Below, one piece after another: positions 51,763 through 60,803 of a stretch of 64,000 bases of DNA. The stretch comes from an uncultured cyanobacterium (GTDB lineage: Bacteria > Cyanobacteriota > Cyanobacteriia > Cyanobacteriales > Nostocaceae): positions 4,704,001-4,768,000 of the forward strand of contig OY970166.1 in assembly GCA_963706595.1 (NCBI GenBank). Reading direction: 5' to 3'. Each line of letters starts with the position of its first letter. Positions within the stretch are counted from its first letter, which is position 1. The notes under the pieces were generated by a model. The model ran no database searches and was not told the DNA's origin. It saw nothing but the letters and a program-made list of their open reading frames with translations. Position numbers and translations under genes: made by a program.

Positions 51763-52176
51763 TTAACGTTGATCCCGTTCCAAGTCATCAATTACTCTCT
51801 CGCAATACCAAGTTTCTGGCATTTCCGGATAGTTGAGCTTGGCCTGCTCAATCAATCGCTCGGCTGCGGCCACATCACCTCCTAACTTGGCAATGAGTTT
51901 ATTTTTGAGATGGCTATCAGCTATTTGCTCAGTGATTAGTGTCTCTGCTGGCGCTGGTCTTTCTTTTGGTACTACTTGTGTTTGTTCTCGACGTAGCTGC
52001 CAAAATAAAACGTAATAAAGTGTACCAAAAATTAAAATTAGGCTGAATGTGCCAAACAGAGTTAAGAGGTTAAACGCTAGGAATCCCAAAACTAACTGTG
52101 AGAGAACATAGCCGAGTAACAAGCCAGTAATTAAGAGAATAAATGTACCGACAATAATAACTACTTGGTTCCCCAT
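51763..52176 (-). CDS. Hypothetical membrane protein (2 TM plus small C-terminal helical domain)
   Basis: Two hydrophobic helices; C-terminal LGGDVAAAERLI...P...WY.E..I.DLERD; start overlaps the ampG end. Confidence 0.75.
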   Translation of the reverse strand: MGNQVVIIVGTFILLITGLLLGYVLSQLVLGFLAFNLLTLFGTFSLILIFGTLYYVLFWQLRREQTQVVPKERPAPAETLITEQIADSHLKNKLIAKLGGDVAAAERLIEQAKLNYPEMPETWYCERVIDDLERDQR

Positions 52177-53453
52177 AAATCCTCGTCTTCTTCCTCTAGT
52201 CCTGGTCTGGATATTGCCACTGGTTTAGGGTTCCAAGGGGCAAAGAATGGTAACAGAAGTAGTCCTGGAATAGCAGCGACTATACTAATAATGAAAAATA
52301 ACGGCCAACCTGTGCTTTTTGCTAAAGTGCCAGCTGGCGCAACTAGAATATCACGACTTACAGCCATAAAACTGGATAATAAAGCATATTGTGTGGCAGA
52401 AAAGCGCTGGTTACACATATTCATCAAAAAGGCCACAAAGGCTGCTGTTCCCAAGCCACCACAAAAGTTTTCAATGTTGATTGTGAGTACTAGCGCCTGG
52501 TAGTTTTGACCTACATTGGCTAGAACATAATAAGCTAAATTACTCACGGCTTGCAAAGCCCCAAACAACCAAAGTGAGCGATTCAGACCAATTTTGCTCA
52601 AAATTACGCCCCCGGAGAGCGTACCAACAATTGTAGCAATTAGCCCCATACCACCTTGAATAGCCCCGATATCGGTTTGGGTGAATCCAGTTTGCAACAA
52701 AAAGGGTGTAGACATATTGTTGACAAAGGAATCGCCCAGTTTATAGAGGACGATGAACACCAGGACTAAAATGGCTTGGACTACACCCTGGCGCTGAAAA
52801 AATTCCCCAAAGGGTAAAATTACCGCCGCAGCTAAAGATTCTGGGGGACTGGTTTCTTGGGGTTCTGGGGCAAATAAGGTGGCAATAATTCCAATTCCCA
52901 TGCCTAAAGCCATCACTAGGTAAACTGATGACCAAGGTAAAATATCGGCGAGGATTAATGCTAAAGAACCTGTGAATAAAAGTGCTATGCGATAACCTAA
53001 GACAAAAACAGCAGCACCTGCTCCCAATTCTAATTCTTCGAGAACGTCGGTGCGGTAGGCATCAGCAGCAATGTCTTGACTGGCACTTAAAAAGGCGATC
53101 GCTACAGCATTGACCGCTAATAATTGTAGTGCTTGTTTGGGTTGTTGGAAAGCCATGAGGGCGATCGCAATCAATAACCCAATTTGCAGTGTAATTAGCC
53201 AACCGCGTCGCCTCCCCAATATTGGCACGGCAAACCTGTCTATTAAAGGCGACCAAATAAATTTCAACGAGTAGGGTATACCCACAAGGCTAAATAAGCC
53301 AATGGCGGTTAAATCTACCCCTTCCACAGTCATCCAAGCTTGTAGGGTTCTACTGGTTAAAAACAATGGTAAACCGGAAGAAAACCCGATCAATGTCAAA
53401 GCCGCCATTTTACGGCTACCGAAAACTGTCAGTAGCGATCGCACTGGTTTCAT
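52161..53453 (-). CDS. ampG: AmpG family muropeptide MFS transporter
   Basis: GFSSGLPL, KFIWSPLIDR, GRRRGW, SASQDIAADAYR, YKLGD, ATQYALLSS. Confidence 0.93.
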   Translation of the reverse strand: MKPVRSLLTVFGSRKMAALTLIGFSSGLPLFLTSRTLQAWMTVEGVDLTAIGLFSLVGIPYSLKFIWSPLIDRFAVPILGRRRGWLITLQIGLLIAIALMAFQQPKQALQLLAVNAVAIAFLSASQDIAADAYRTDVLEELELGAGAAVFVLGYRIALLFTGSLALILADILPWSSVYLVMALGMGIGIIATLFAPEPQETSPPESLAAAVILPFGEFFQRQGVVQAILVLVFIVLYKLGDSFVNNMSTPFLLQTGFTQTDIGAIQGGMGLIATIVGTLSGGVILSKIGLNRSLWLFGALQAVSNLAYYVLANVGQNYQALVLTINIENFCGGLGTAAFVAFLMNMCNQRFSATQYALLSSFMAVSRDILVAPAGTLAKSTGWPLFFIISIVAAIPGLLLLPFFAPWNPKPVAISRPGLEEEDEDLWGTK

Positions 53454-53594
53454 CTTGTGCAGGTTCCTCTCAATCTTGTGAATTGCAGTTATATTGCCAT
53501 AGCTGCTGTGTCATTCTACGCAAACATGAGAATTTGCCCAGGTTTTCACCACTAAGATAATCATCAAAGATGCCGTCACAGCCTCAGTAATTCC

Positions 53595-55052
53595 TTAATT
53601 TTCCTGAATTTGCTCAATTTCATGATCTACAATTTCTACCCCGTGTGCAGCCAGACATTTTTCCCAACCTGCACGAGTTCCTATTTCGCTTTTCTGCTTG
53701 AGTAGTCCTAACTGCTGTTCTTTTTGAGTCAGTTGAGCAAATTCCTCATAGCGGGGGTAGTTGGGAGTGACAAAATTTTCTTTGCGGTGCAGAATTGGCG
53801 GATTAGCCCTATCTGCATAATCACGGTGAGTTATGTATAAACTTTTTAAGTCAATAGTGATACTAGCTTTTAAAGCTGGATGGGGATCACTGTCAAAATC
53901 TGGGTAAAACAAATAGGATATTTGCGGTTTTTCAATGTTGTATTTAATTAATGTCGCCCCATCAACACGCCCAATAGTGCGGCTGGCACAGCTTTCATAA
54001 ATTCGTAATAGGGGATCTAATGCTGGGAGTGCGGAAACATGAACATAAAGTGCGCCCCGTGTGTGTTTGCCAATTTTGCTTTTTTCACAAGCTGTTTGCA
54101 CAACTTTGGGATTACCTAAACTAAATAGTTTTTGGTCGGCGACTTCACAAGCTTCTGCATAGCTACCAAAAAAGGCTTTGATATCGTGACGCATTTCTGG
54201 CGCTAGTTTTTGCCATGATGGACGTTGCTCAAAGTGGCTGAGGGCAAGATATACTTGGATATCTAAAGAACGACGATAGGCGATCGCATCCCATTCAGCT
54301 TCATCGGTAGCTTGTAACACCACATTAAAAGCCCGGCGGAAGTTTCCAAATTCACTGAGTAATTCTGTTTGGTTCGCTAATTCGCCTTTAACGGGTAATC
54401 TGCCCCGTTTGGCAAAAAAGTCCATCAGAGGTTGCAGTTGCTCTTGATAGTCCTCAAAGCGCTTGCTGGGGATACGAACTCTGGGTGTAGCAGTGCTAGA
54501 AAAGAAGCGGATGGCTTTGAAATTTTCTTTTGCAGCTTCATCACGAAAGACGAAATACACACCCAATGCTACAGGTACTGCATCAACGTTGAGAACTTCA
54601 TTAATATAACTTCTCAGTTCTTGTTGTTCATAATATTTCTGAAAAGTATTCCGGCGCGTGACAATCCCATCACTGTAAGCTAGTTGTGCTTTGCTGGGGG
54701 CATTAATTAATACTTGAGCCGAGACAATTAACACCTGCTGAGTCAGTTCCCAAGCGTGGATGAGACTTTGACGGCGTTCCTCTTGGTCTTCAATGACATT
54801 CAGGACATAACCTAAATTGACCACATCGGCGGGGGTAATGGTGTCATGGGGAAAATAATAAGGGTCCCAGCCAGCGCTGGTGTAGCCTAAATTGCCGACT
54901 CGCTGCACATCACCACCGTAGCCGCAGCCGTAATCAAAGAATGAGGTTTCCTGATGAAGGATAGCCCATTCTATTGCTAAACGTACGGGGCGAGAGATAT
55001 CATTACGAGCGATCGCGACTCGATGACGCTCAATTTCTAAAGATTCAGGCAT
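53595..55052 (-). CDS. DNA phosphorothioation-associated putative methyltransferase (TIGR04096 type)
   Basis: RHRVAI.R...SRPV, SAM motif FDYGCGYGGD, WDPYY, NLGYVLNVIED, TFQKYY, NPPILHRKE; directly downstream of dndE. Confidence 0.88.
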   Translation of the reverse strand: MPESLEIERHRVAIARNDISRPVRLAIEWAILHQETSFFDYGCGYGGDVQRVGNLGYTSAGWDPYYFPHDTITPADVVNLGYVLNVIEDQEERRQSLIHAWELTQQVLIVSAQVLINAPSKAQLAYSDGIVTRRNTFQKYYEQQELRSYINEVLNVDAVPVALGVYFVFRDEAAKENFKAIRFFSSTATPRVRIPSKRFEDYQEQLQPLMDFFAKRGRLPVKGELANQTELLSEFGNFRRAFNVVLQATDEAEWDAIAYRRSLDIQVYLALSHFEQRPSWQKLAPEMRHDIKAFFGSYAEACEVADQKLFSLGNPKVVQTACEKSKIGKHTRGALYVHVSALPALDPLLRIYESCASRTIGRVDGATLIKYNIEKPQISYLFYPDFDSDPHPALKASITIDLKSLYITHRDYADRANPPILHRKENFVTPNYPRYEEFAQLTQKEQQLGLLKQKSEIGTRAGWEKCLAAHGVEIVDHEIEQIQEN

Positions 55053-55078
55053 ATCAGTTATCAGTTAACAGTTAACAG

Positions 55079-55486
55079 TTAACAGTTATTAATATCCTTT
55101 CCATCTTTCAGCGCCAATTGGATTAAATCTTCAATTTTCTTGATATTTGGATCTCCGGCTAAATAACCAATCCCCCGATGCAAATGCAGCCGAAATTGGC
55201 TAGCGAGGCTGTCTTTATCAATGGGGTAGCCGTCGTTGTGACAGCGTTGTTTCAAAGCGAGGAGGAGGATATCAGACATTTCGCCGCCAAATACCCGCCA
55301 AGTCATTTCCACGTTGCTATCTTGGGGAATTGGTACCGGTGAGGGTGCGGTTGGTTCGGCGAGGGAACGACAAAAAGCCCAACGACATAATATATTCCAT
55401 TGGTCAATTTTTGTAGTGCGCCTGAGTTTAAGAAGTTGGTCTTTCGCAGTTTGGGAGAGTTTAATTCTTTCTATTGGAGATTCCAT
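55079..55486 (-). CDS. dndE: DNA sulfur modification protein DndE
   Basis: IKLSQTAKDQL.KL...T.I..WNILCRWAFC.SL, VEMTW.VFGG, FRLHLHRGI.YL. Confidence 0.92.
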   Translation of the reverse strand: MESPIERIKLSQTAKDQLLKLRRTTKIDQWNILCRWAFCRSLAEPTAPSPVPIPQDSNVEMTWRVFGGEMSDILLLALKQRCHNDGYPIDKDSLASQFRLHLHRGIGYLAGDPNIKKIEDLIQLALKDGKDINNC

Positions 55487-55630
55487 AATAATTCCATTAT
55501 ATTAATTTTTACTTGATAACATTTCTTTATGAGGCATTTCCCAGTCTAATACAGTACACAATTATCTGCGTTCATCTGCGTCCATCTGCGTTTAATTATT
55601 ACTGCTTGTACCTCAGTTGAATGGGAATTG

Positions 55631-55978
55631 CTATAAACCCAAACAGTAGCGAACCGCAGCTTCAACTTCAAGCATCTTAGAATCAGAAATTTTGCCAGTT
55701 GATTTAGCCACAAAGCGATTTGGATCTAAAGACCGAATTTGAAAACATAAAAATACAGTTTCTATCAGCAGTCCACTGTCACTGGGAGATATCCTAATAT
55801 TAGTGGGATAATCGCGCTTAATATTTGTGCCTTTCGTCCCTACAACTACAGTCACTACCAAAGGTAATTGGTTAATAGCGTCTACAGATAAAACTAATAC
55901 AGGTCTTGTACCTGACTGTTCTCGACCTATGACCGGATTAAGATTAACAAAATAGATTTGCCCTCTTTCGATATTCAC
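55631..55978 (-). CDS. Type II toxin, PemK/MazF family endoribonuclease
   Basis: RGQIYFVNLNPVIGREQSGTRPVLVLS, QIRSLD..RF. Confidence 0.92.
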   Translation of the reverse strand: MNIERGQIYFVNLNPVIGREQSGTRPVLVLSVDAINQLPLVVTVVVGTKGTNIKRDYPTNIRISPSDSGLLIETVFLCFQIRSLDPNRFVAKSTGKISDSKMLEVEAAVRYCLGL

Positions 55979-56226
55979 GGCTGTGATAAACCATCCATTT
56001 CGGTAACAATAAATTCCTGATTAATATTGGATATTTCTGTTTGTATATCTGGATCAATAGCCATTGCAGCTAGTTGTTCTTGCATATATTTCAAATTAAT
56101 AAATCTATCTGATGTTTGCTGCTTTTCTTTCATTTGTTTTTGGATACGTTCTAAAAGCCATTCTAGTTCTTCTAATGACAAACCACTTAAGTCACGTTCT
56201 ATTTCTCGTAAATTTGATGACATCAT
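55975..56226 (-). CDS. Putative cognate antitoxin
   Basis: 83-aa ORF with a 4-bp overlap with the toxin start; acidic C-terminus LAAMAIDPDIQ.EI..I..EF..TE.DGL. Confidence 0.75.
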   Translation of the reverse strand: MMSSNLREIERDLSGLSLEELEWLLERIQKQMKEKQQTSDRFINLKYMQEQLAAMAIDPDIQTEISNINQEFIVTEMDGLSQP

Positions 56227-56283
56227 ATTTAACTAGCGATTTTTACCTGTGTGTGAGATATCTATTATTTTAAACAACATCTA

Positions 56284-58269
56284 CTACCAAAAATATTTAT
56301 TTTCTATGATTGTAGTTTGGCGGGTTGAGGAATCGTATTTGAGCAGATATTCACGAGCGATCGCTTCATTATTTCTCAGTGTTTCTACTTCGTGTTTACC
56401 AATCTCAGTATCAGTGGATAACAGTATTACTTGATGACTAGCAGAGGGAAAATAGCGTTCTACGAGGTTTCCCCGGTGGGATGAGTCTAATCTCCCCAGA
56501 GGCGTGTCTATGGCTACGGGTAAGCGGTGTCCAGAGACTCGCGCTAATCCCCAGAGGAAGGCGATCGCTAACAGTTGTTTTTCGCCGGCTGAAAGTCGAT
56601 GTTTAGGAACTGGTTTACCATTGAAGTCATACAGGGAGAGGCTAAAGCTATCAGTATGAATGGCGACACGATGCACTAAATCTGATTTGTGTAGCAGGTA
56701 GCGGAAACATTCTGTAACTTCAACTTCTAGTTTATTCAGTTTGCGTAGAGTCAGTTTCTCCCGAAAAAGTTTGAGTGTATCTTGAACTTTAGCCGTTGCC
56801 GTAATAATATGTTCGTTATATTTGCGATCAATATTGGTTTCTGTATATTTTTCTAAGGTTTTTTTAGTAGTCCGAATTTCAGTTTCTAATTCGTTTAAAT
56901 TTTGTTTCGCTATTTCACAAGCTGCTTGCGCTTCTGCAACTTCTTTTTGTGCTGCTTGCAATTCATCTACCAACCTTTGATAATCTTCTGGAGATGCGGC
57001 TGTTTGAATTTGTCTTTCTAGGGTAATTACTTCTTCTTCTTGAGTTTGGTGTAGTTCTAGCTGCTTTTGAGTAGCGTTTTTTGTATGAGGTAAATAATGA
57101 TGAATAGTATTATCTAAATGATGCAGGGTTTCCGTGTCAGATAATAGCCAAACGTCCCCTGTGGTATCTTGCTTAATTAAATTATTTTCTTGATCAATAA
57201 AATCTTGAATTTTTTCTACTTGTTGATCAGCAATAGTTAATTGTTTAATTAATTCAATTAAGCGGTGATCTCGTTCTAATAATAAATTATATGCTACCTT
57301 AGCTTGTTGAGTCCGAAATTCCTTTTGTCCTTGGATATAAGTTTCATTTAGCAAAGGTTCAATTAAAGCTAACGGTAAAATATCCGCAGCTAATCCGCGC
57401 ATGGCTTGACGGGTATTTTCTGACTCCGTAATTAGTTGAGATTTTTGTTTTTCTAAATAAGTGCGATCGCCTGCAATTTTACCACCTTCAGAGATGAAAT
57501 TATCCACAGCTTCTTGCTGCTTCTTTTCCGCTTCTCCCAAATTATCAGTCAGTTCATTTAATCCAATTTCAACTTCCTGATATTCCTCTTGTTGTAGCTT
57601 GAGTTCTTGTTCAATTTCTTCTAAATTAGCCAAATCTTGAGTATCAGCAATTTCTTTTCTTTTACGGTTGACGATAATTTCTAAATCACCGCCTAAACGT
57701 TCAGCTAATTCTAAACCTAAAAGTCCGCGAATTGCATCAACTACAATCGATGGAGGTGTTTCTTGTTCTGCGAGTTCCTTAACTTGTTCACCATCAAATA
57801 AAAACAGATTAGAAATACCTAAAGGTAAGAGATTTTCTATATACTCATCCCAAATATTAACTAAAGCCGTATCCAGCCATTCTTGAGCATCTAGAATACC
57901 TAAGTGGTCTTTACCATCTTTAGGGTTTTTTGTCCAGCGCCGGACAACTCTATATTTTACTGGTTGGTCATTTTCAATATGTTCAAAAACCAATTCAATG
58001 CGAGTATCTTCAGTGGGTGAACTGTGGCTATTAACGCATTGGTTGAGAAAGTCATTATAACTCAAGTTACCACGAGTGGAACATTGGGCGCGATGACCAT
58101 ATAATGCTAGGCGAATTGCATCCATCAGGGTAGTTTTTCCGCCCCCATTCATCCCACCTAAGAGGATAATTGGATAAGAATTTTCTTCATCAATTTTTGG
58201 ATCAAGGTTGATGACCTGACGACCACAGTAAGGGCCAAAGTTTTGTAATACGAGTTCGAGAAATATCAT
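56284..58269 (-). CDS. dndD: DNA sulfur modification protein DndD (SMC-like ATPase)
   Basis: GGMNGGGKTT, LFLFDGEQ, long coiled coil, LSAGEKQ, IDTPLGRLDSSHR, SHQVILLSTDTE. Confidence 0.95.
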   Translation of the reverse strand: MIFLELVLQNFGPYCGRQVINLDPKIDEENSYPIILLGGMNGGGKTTLMDAIRLALYGHRAQCSTRGNLSYNDFLNQCVNSHSSPTEDTRIELVFEHIENDQPVKYRVVRRWTKNPKDGKDHLGILDAQEWLDTALVNIWDEYIENLLPLGISNLFLFDGEQVKELAEQETPPSIVVDAIRGLLGLELAERLGGDLEIIVNRKRKEIADTQDLANLEEIEQELKLQQEEYQEVEIGLNELTDNLGEAEKKQQEAVDNFISEGGKIAGDRTYLEKQKSQLITESENTRQAMRGLAADILPLALIEPLLNETYIQGQKEFRTQQAKVAYNLLLERDHRLIELIKQLTIADQQVEKIQDFIDQENNLIKQDTTGDVWLLSDTETLHHLDNTIHHYLPHTKNATQKQLELHQTQEEEVITLERQIQTAASPEDYQRLVDELQAAQKEVAEAQAACEIAKQNLNELETEIRTTKKTLEKYTETNIDRKYNEHIITATAKVQDTLKLFREKLTLRKLNKLEVEVTECFRYLLHKSDLVHRVAIHTDSFSLSLYDFNGKPVPKHRLSAGEKQLLAIAFLWGLARVSGHRLPVAIDTPLGRLDSSHRGNLVERYFPSASHQVILLSTDTEIGKHEVETLRNNEAIAREYLLKYDSSTRQTTIIENKYFW

Positions 58270-58309
58270 TTATCTTTGAGTTTTTAAGATACGGGGCGAG
58301 CGAGAGAAT

Positions 58310-58431
58310 CCGGGCGAATGGAATTCGCGGCTACACAGGCGAAGTCCACCTTCGTGGACTAATAGAAAAGTGAAGTTTTTAACCCGCGTAGGCGGGTTTT
58401 GTTTGTATAGCCGCGAATTCCATTCGCCAGG
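58310..58431. repeat. Inverted pair of ~50-bp REP-like palindromic repeats downstream of tnpA
   Basis: GGCGAATGGAATTCGCGGCTACAC...GTCCACCTTCGTGGAC (58310-58360) and AACCCGCGTAGGCGGGTT...TAGCCGCGAATTCCATTCGCC (58381-58431). Confidence 0.85.
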
Positions 58432-58437
58432 GCTAGT

Positions 58438-58845
58438 TTAAGTAAGTTCCCATAAAGGAATGATAGATTTTTCACTATGATGTATGCCTTGATTTCTAAT
58501 ATAATTAGCTACGTTGTCAATAGCATCATGACTAACAGTAAATGATCCATAACTACCTTGCCATTTAAAAAATTCATCTGGCTTAACTTCATGAGTAATA
58601 AAATGAGAAGAACTACCCTTAATTTGTTTAATCAATTCCGATACACTAACAGTTGTTGGGAAACCTGTTAAAAGATGAACATGATCTTCAACACCACCGA
58701 TTGCAATAACCGTGCATTTTAATCGTTCACATTCTCGAATAATTGCCGCATAAACTAATTTTTGAATATCAGGTGTAATTAGCGGTAATCTATCCCATGT
58801 AGCCCAAACATAATGTAAATACAATTGCGTAAAATTTGCTCTCAT
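58438..58845 (-). mobile_element. tnpA: IS200/IS605-superfamily Y1 (HUH) transposase, REP-associated (RAYT-like)
   Basis: HYVWAT, HUH motif DHVH, KGSSS, WQGSY, catalytic-Tyr motif YIRNQ. No tnpB; REP-like repeats on both sides. Confidence 0.88.
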
Positions 58846-58854
58846 TTCTCCCTA

Positions 58855-58976
58855 ACCCGCGTAGGCGGGTTTTGTCTGTGTGGTTCTGCGATTTCCATTG
58901 TCCGGGTATTTTGTTCATTTCTCTTTAACCCGCGCAGGCGGGTTTCGTTTGTGTAGCCGCGATTTCAATCGCCCGG
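58855..58976. repeat. Two further direct copies of the REP-like repeat upstream of tnpA
   Basis: AACCCGCGTAGGCGGGTTTTGTCTGTGTGG... at 58855 and AACCCGCGCAGGCGGGTTTCGTTTGTGTAGCCGCGATTTCAATCGCC at 58927. Confidence 0.85.
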
Positions 58977-59012
58977 TACTTTATAATCTTTATAATCAAT
59001 ATTCATTTCTCC

Positions 59013-60616
59013 TTAACTCTTTTTAAATTTCATATTTCCCCAACTTGGCGGTTTATCCCTTGCGTCGTCGCTTTCGTCCACAGCGTCGCCCAAAGTCAAC
59101 TGCTTGACCTTTTTCACATCCCCTTGGTCAATGGCTTCTTTTAAATCGCGTTTTAAATGAGCATTTTTAATCGCTTCCTCTGGAGAATGGGAACTGGTGA
59201 CAAAACATTTCTCTAGACTTTCATATATTCCCACCCGACGACCTTTTTTGCGATATTGGCGTTCTGTGTCTAACAGCTTAGACATCAGTTCTAAGTGCAT
59301 AGCATCATCGCCACAAATTTCCTCTAGCACTTCCCATTCATCGCTACCCAGTAGACTATAGCCAGCACCAGGACGAGGGTCTTGGAAAACTTCACCAGTC
59401 ACTTCTTGATAAATCCGGGGTAAACTATCATCAAATTCATGCTTTTCTTCTAGCCAAATGCGGCGAATTTCACTAAGTTCCTCTGGAGTTATTAGCGTAA
59501 TATCGCGCATATTCTCTGGTGCTGTCAGCCTGATTTTAGTTTGTGCTTCTAGTAACTTTCTTAACAAATGTTCTCGCCAAGATTTAACGTAGGGTCCAGG
59601 TATTGGCTCAATAGAAACTTCCCCGTCCAAGTTACGCTCAAATAGTTGAACTTCTCCCCAAATACGGCGAAAGTCTCGCTTACTTCGGTCTTGGTCAATA
59701 TTTAATTCTTTAAACGAATATCCAGTCAGAGGTTGCATCCATTCTTTCTCTTCATCATTTTGGATCATGGCTTGCATAGACTTATCACTATTAACTAATG
59801 TACAAACCCAGCATCCAAAACGAGAGCTACCACAACTAGGAGTAGAAGTATCAACGACTAAAGGACATTCATTATCTGCTGTTGCACCTCGATACATAGC
59901 AAATAAGTCTTTGTTGCTATATCCCCAAGGATTTGCCCATTGCATCAAATACATCCAAACTTCATCAGTACGCCAATCTTCGATGGGAGTATAAAGCAGT
60001 GAGTTAAGCCAGACTAGGATTAGGACTAAGGCGCTCTCGGACTCTACCAATTTCACGCTTGGCCATAATAGCCGCACGATTGGTACTTTCAGCTCTTGCG
60101 AGTTCCTAAGACTACAATTGTTTCACCACTAGCCCGGACAACATCACGAATGAAGTTGTTAGAAGGGTCAATTTTCAACCTTCCGGTACACCAACGGAAT
60201 TTGTGACGTGGTGCTGGGTAGCCTTTACCAATCAAACCTACCCAGAAACTCTGTTTAGTCTCTGGTTTCAATAAATGCGGTTTTATTGGCATTTTTTGCT
60301 CTTGAGCCGCTACTTTCATCTGTTCTAATGAATTACGTACCCAAGTAGCAACATAAGGATTCTCAACTCCTGTATCAGTTGTAATTACATGAATTGGTTT
60401 AATCCGTTTTTCTGGTGGAAGTTCCTGTATTGCTTTCCAAATAAGCTGTAAGGTTGCTGTGCTATCCTTACCTCCGGAATAACCAATAACCCAAGGTATC
60501 TCGTCTAAACAATACAATTCTTGTATTTCAGTGGTGAGAACTTGGATATAGTCCACTAACTCTGCTACAGTACGTGTTTGCGGAACTTTATTTTCTGGTT
60601 GTTGTGCTGTAGTCAT
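59013..60616 (-). pseudogene. dndC: DNA phosphorothioation sulfurtransferase DndC, broken by +1 frameshifts (probably sequencing errors)
   Basis: N-part: YSGGKDS, GKGYPAP...RWCT..LKI. C-part: TPIEDW, CPLVVD...SCGSSRFGCWVCT. Removing one base near 60094 and one near 60009 restores LGTRKAESTNRAAIMAKREIGRVRERLSPNPSLLNSLLYTPIEDW. Confidence 0.9.
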
Positions 60617-60803
60617 AATCTCTCTATATTTTTAAATATGGGTGTGAATTCATTTTTACTATCCCAGTCAATGGTATTAGCTGGTATACAGGCAAAATTT
60701 ACCTATGTGGGTGCAAAATTTTTTTAAAAACCTTACTACTCTTACTCAATTTTTAGACAATTAGACTATCCTAACACCATTTTGTTTTTAAAAATTAATA
60801 AAT

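Noticed and set aside
58310..58976. Palindromic repeats around tnpA as a CRISPR array or a TnpB/omegaRNA system
   Set aside because: The repeats are in mixed orientation with irregular spacing, and there is no tnpB/iscB ORF. They fit REP-like elements better.
60011..60077. MRLLWPSVKLV... N-terminus of track ORF 59013..60077 as a separate gene
   Set aside because: It is out-of-frame dndC sequence between two +1 insertions.
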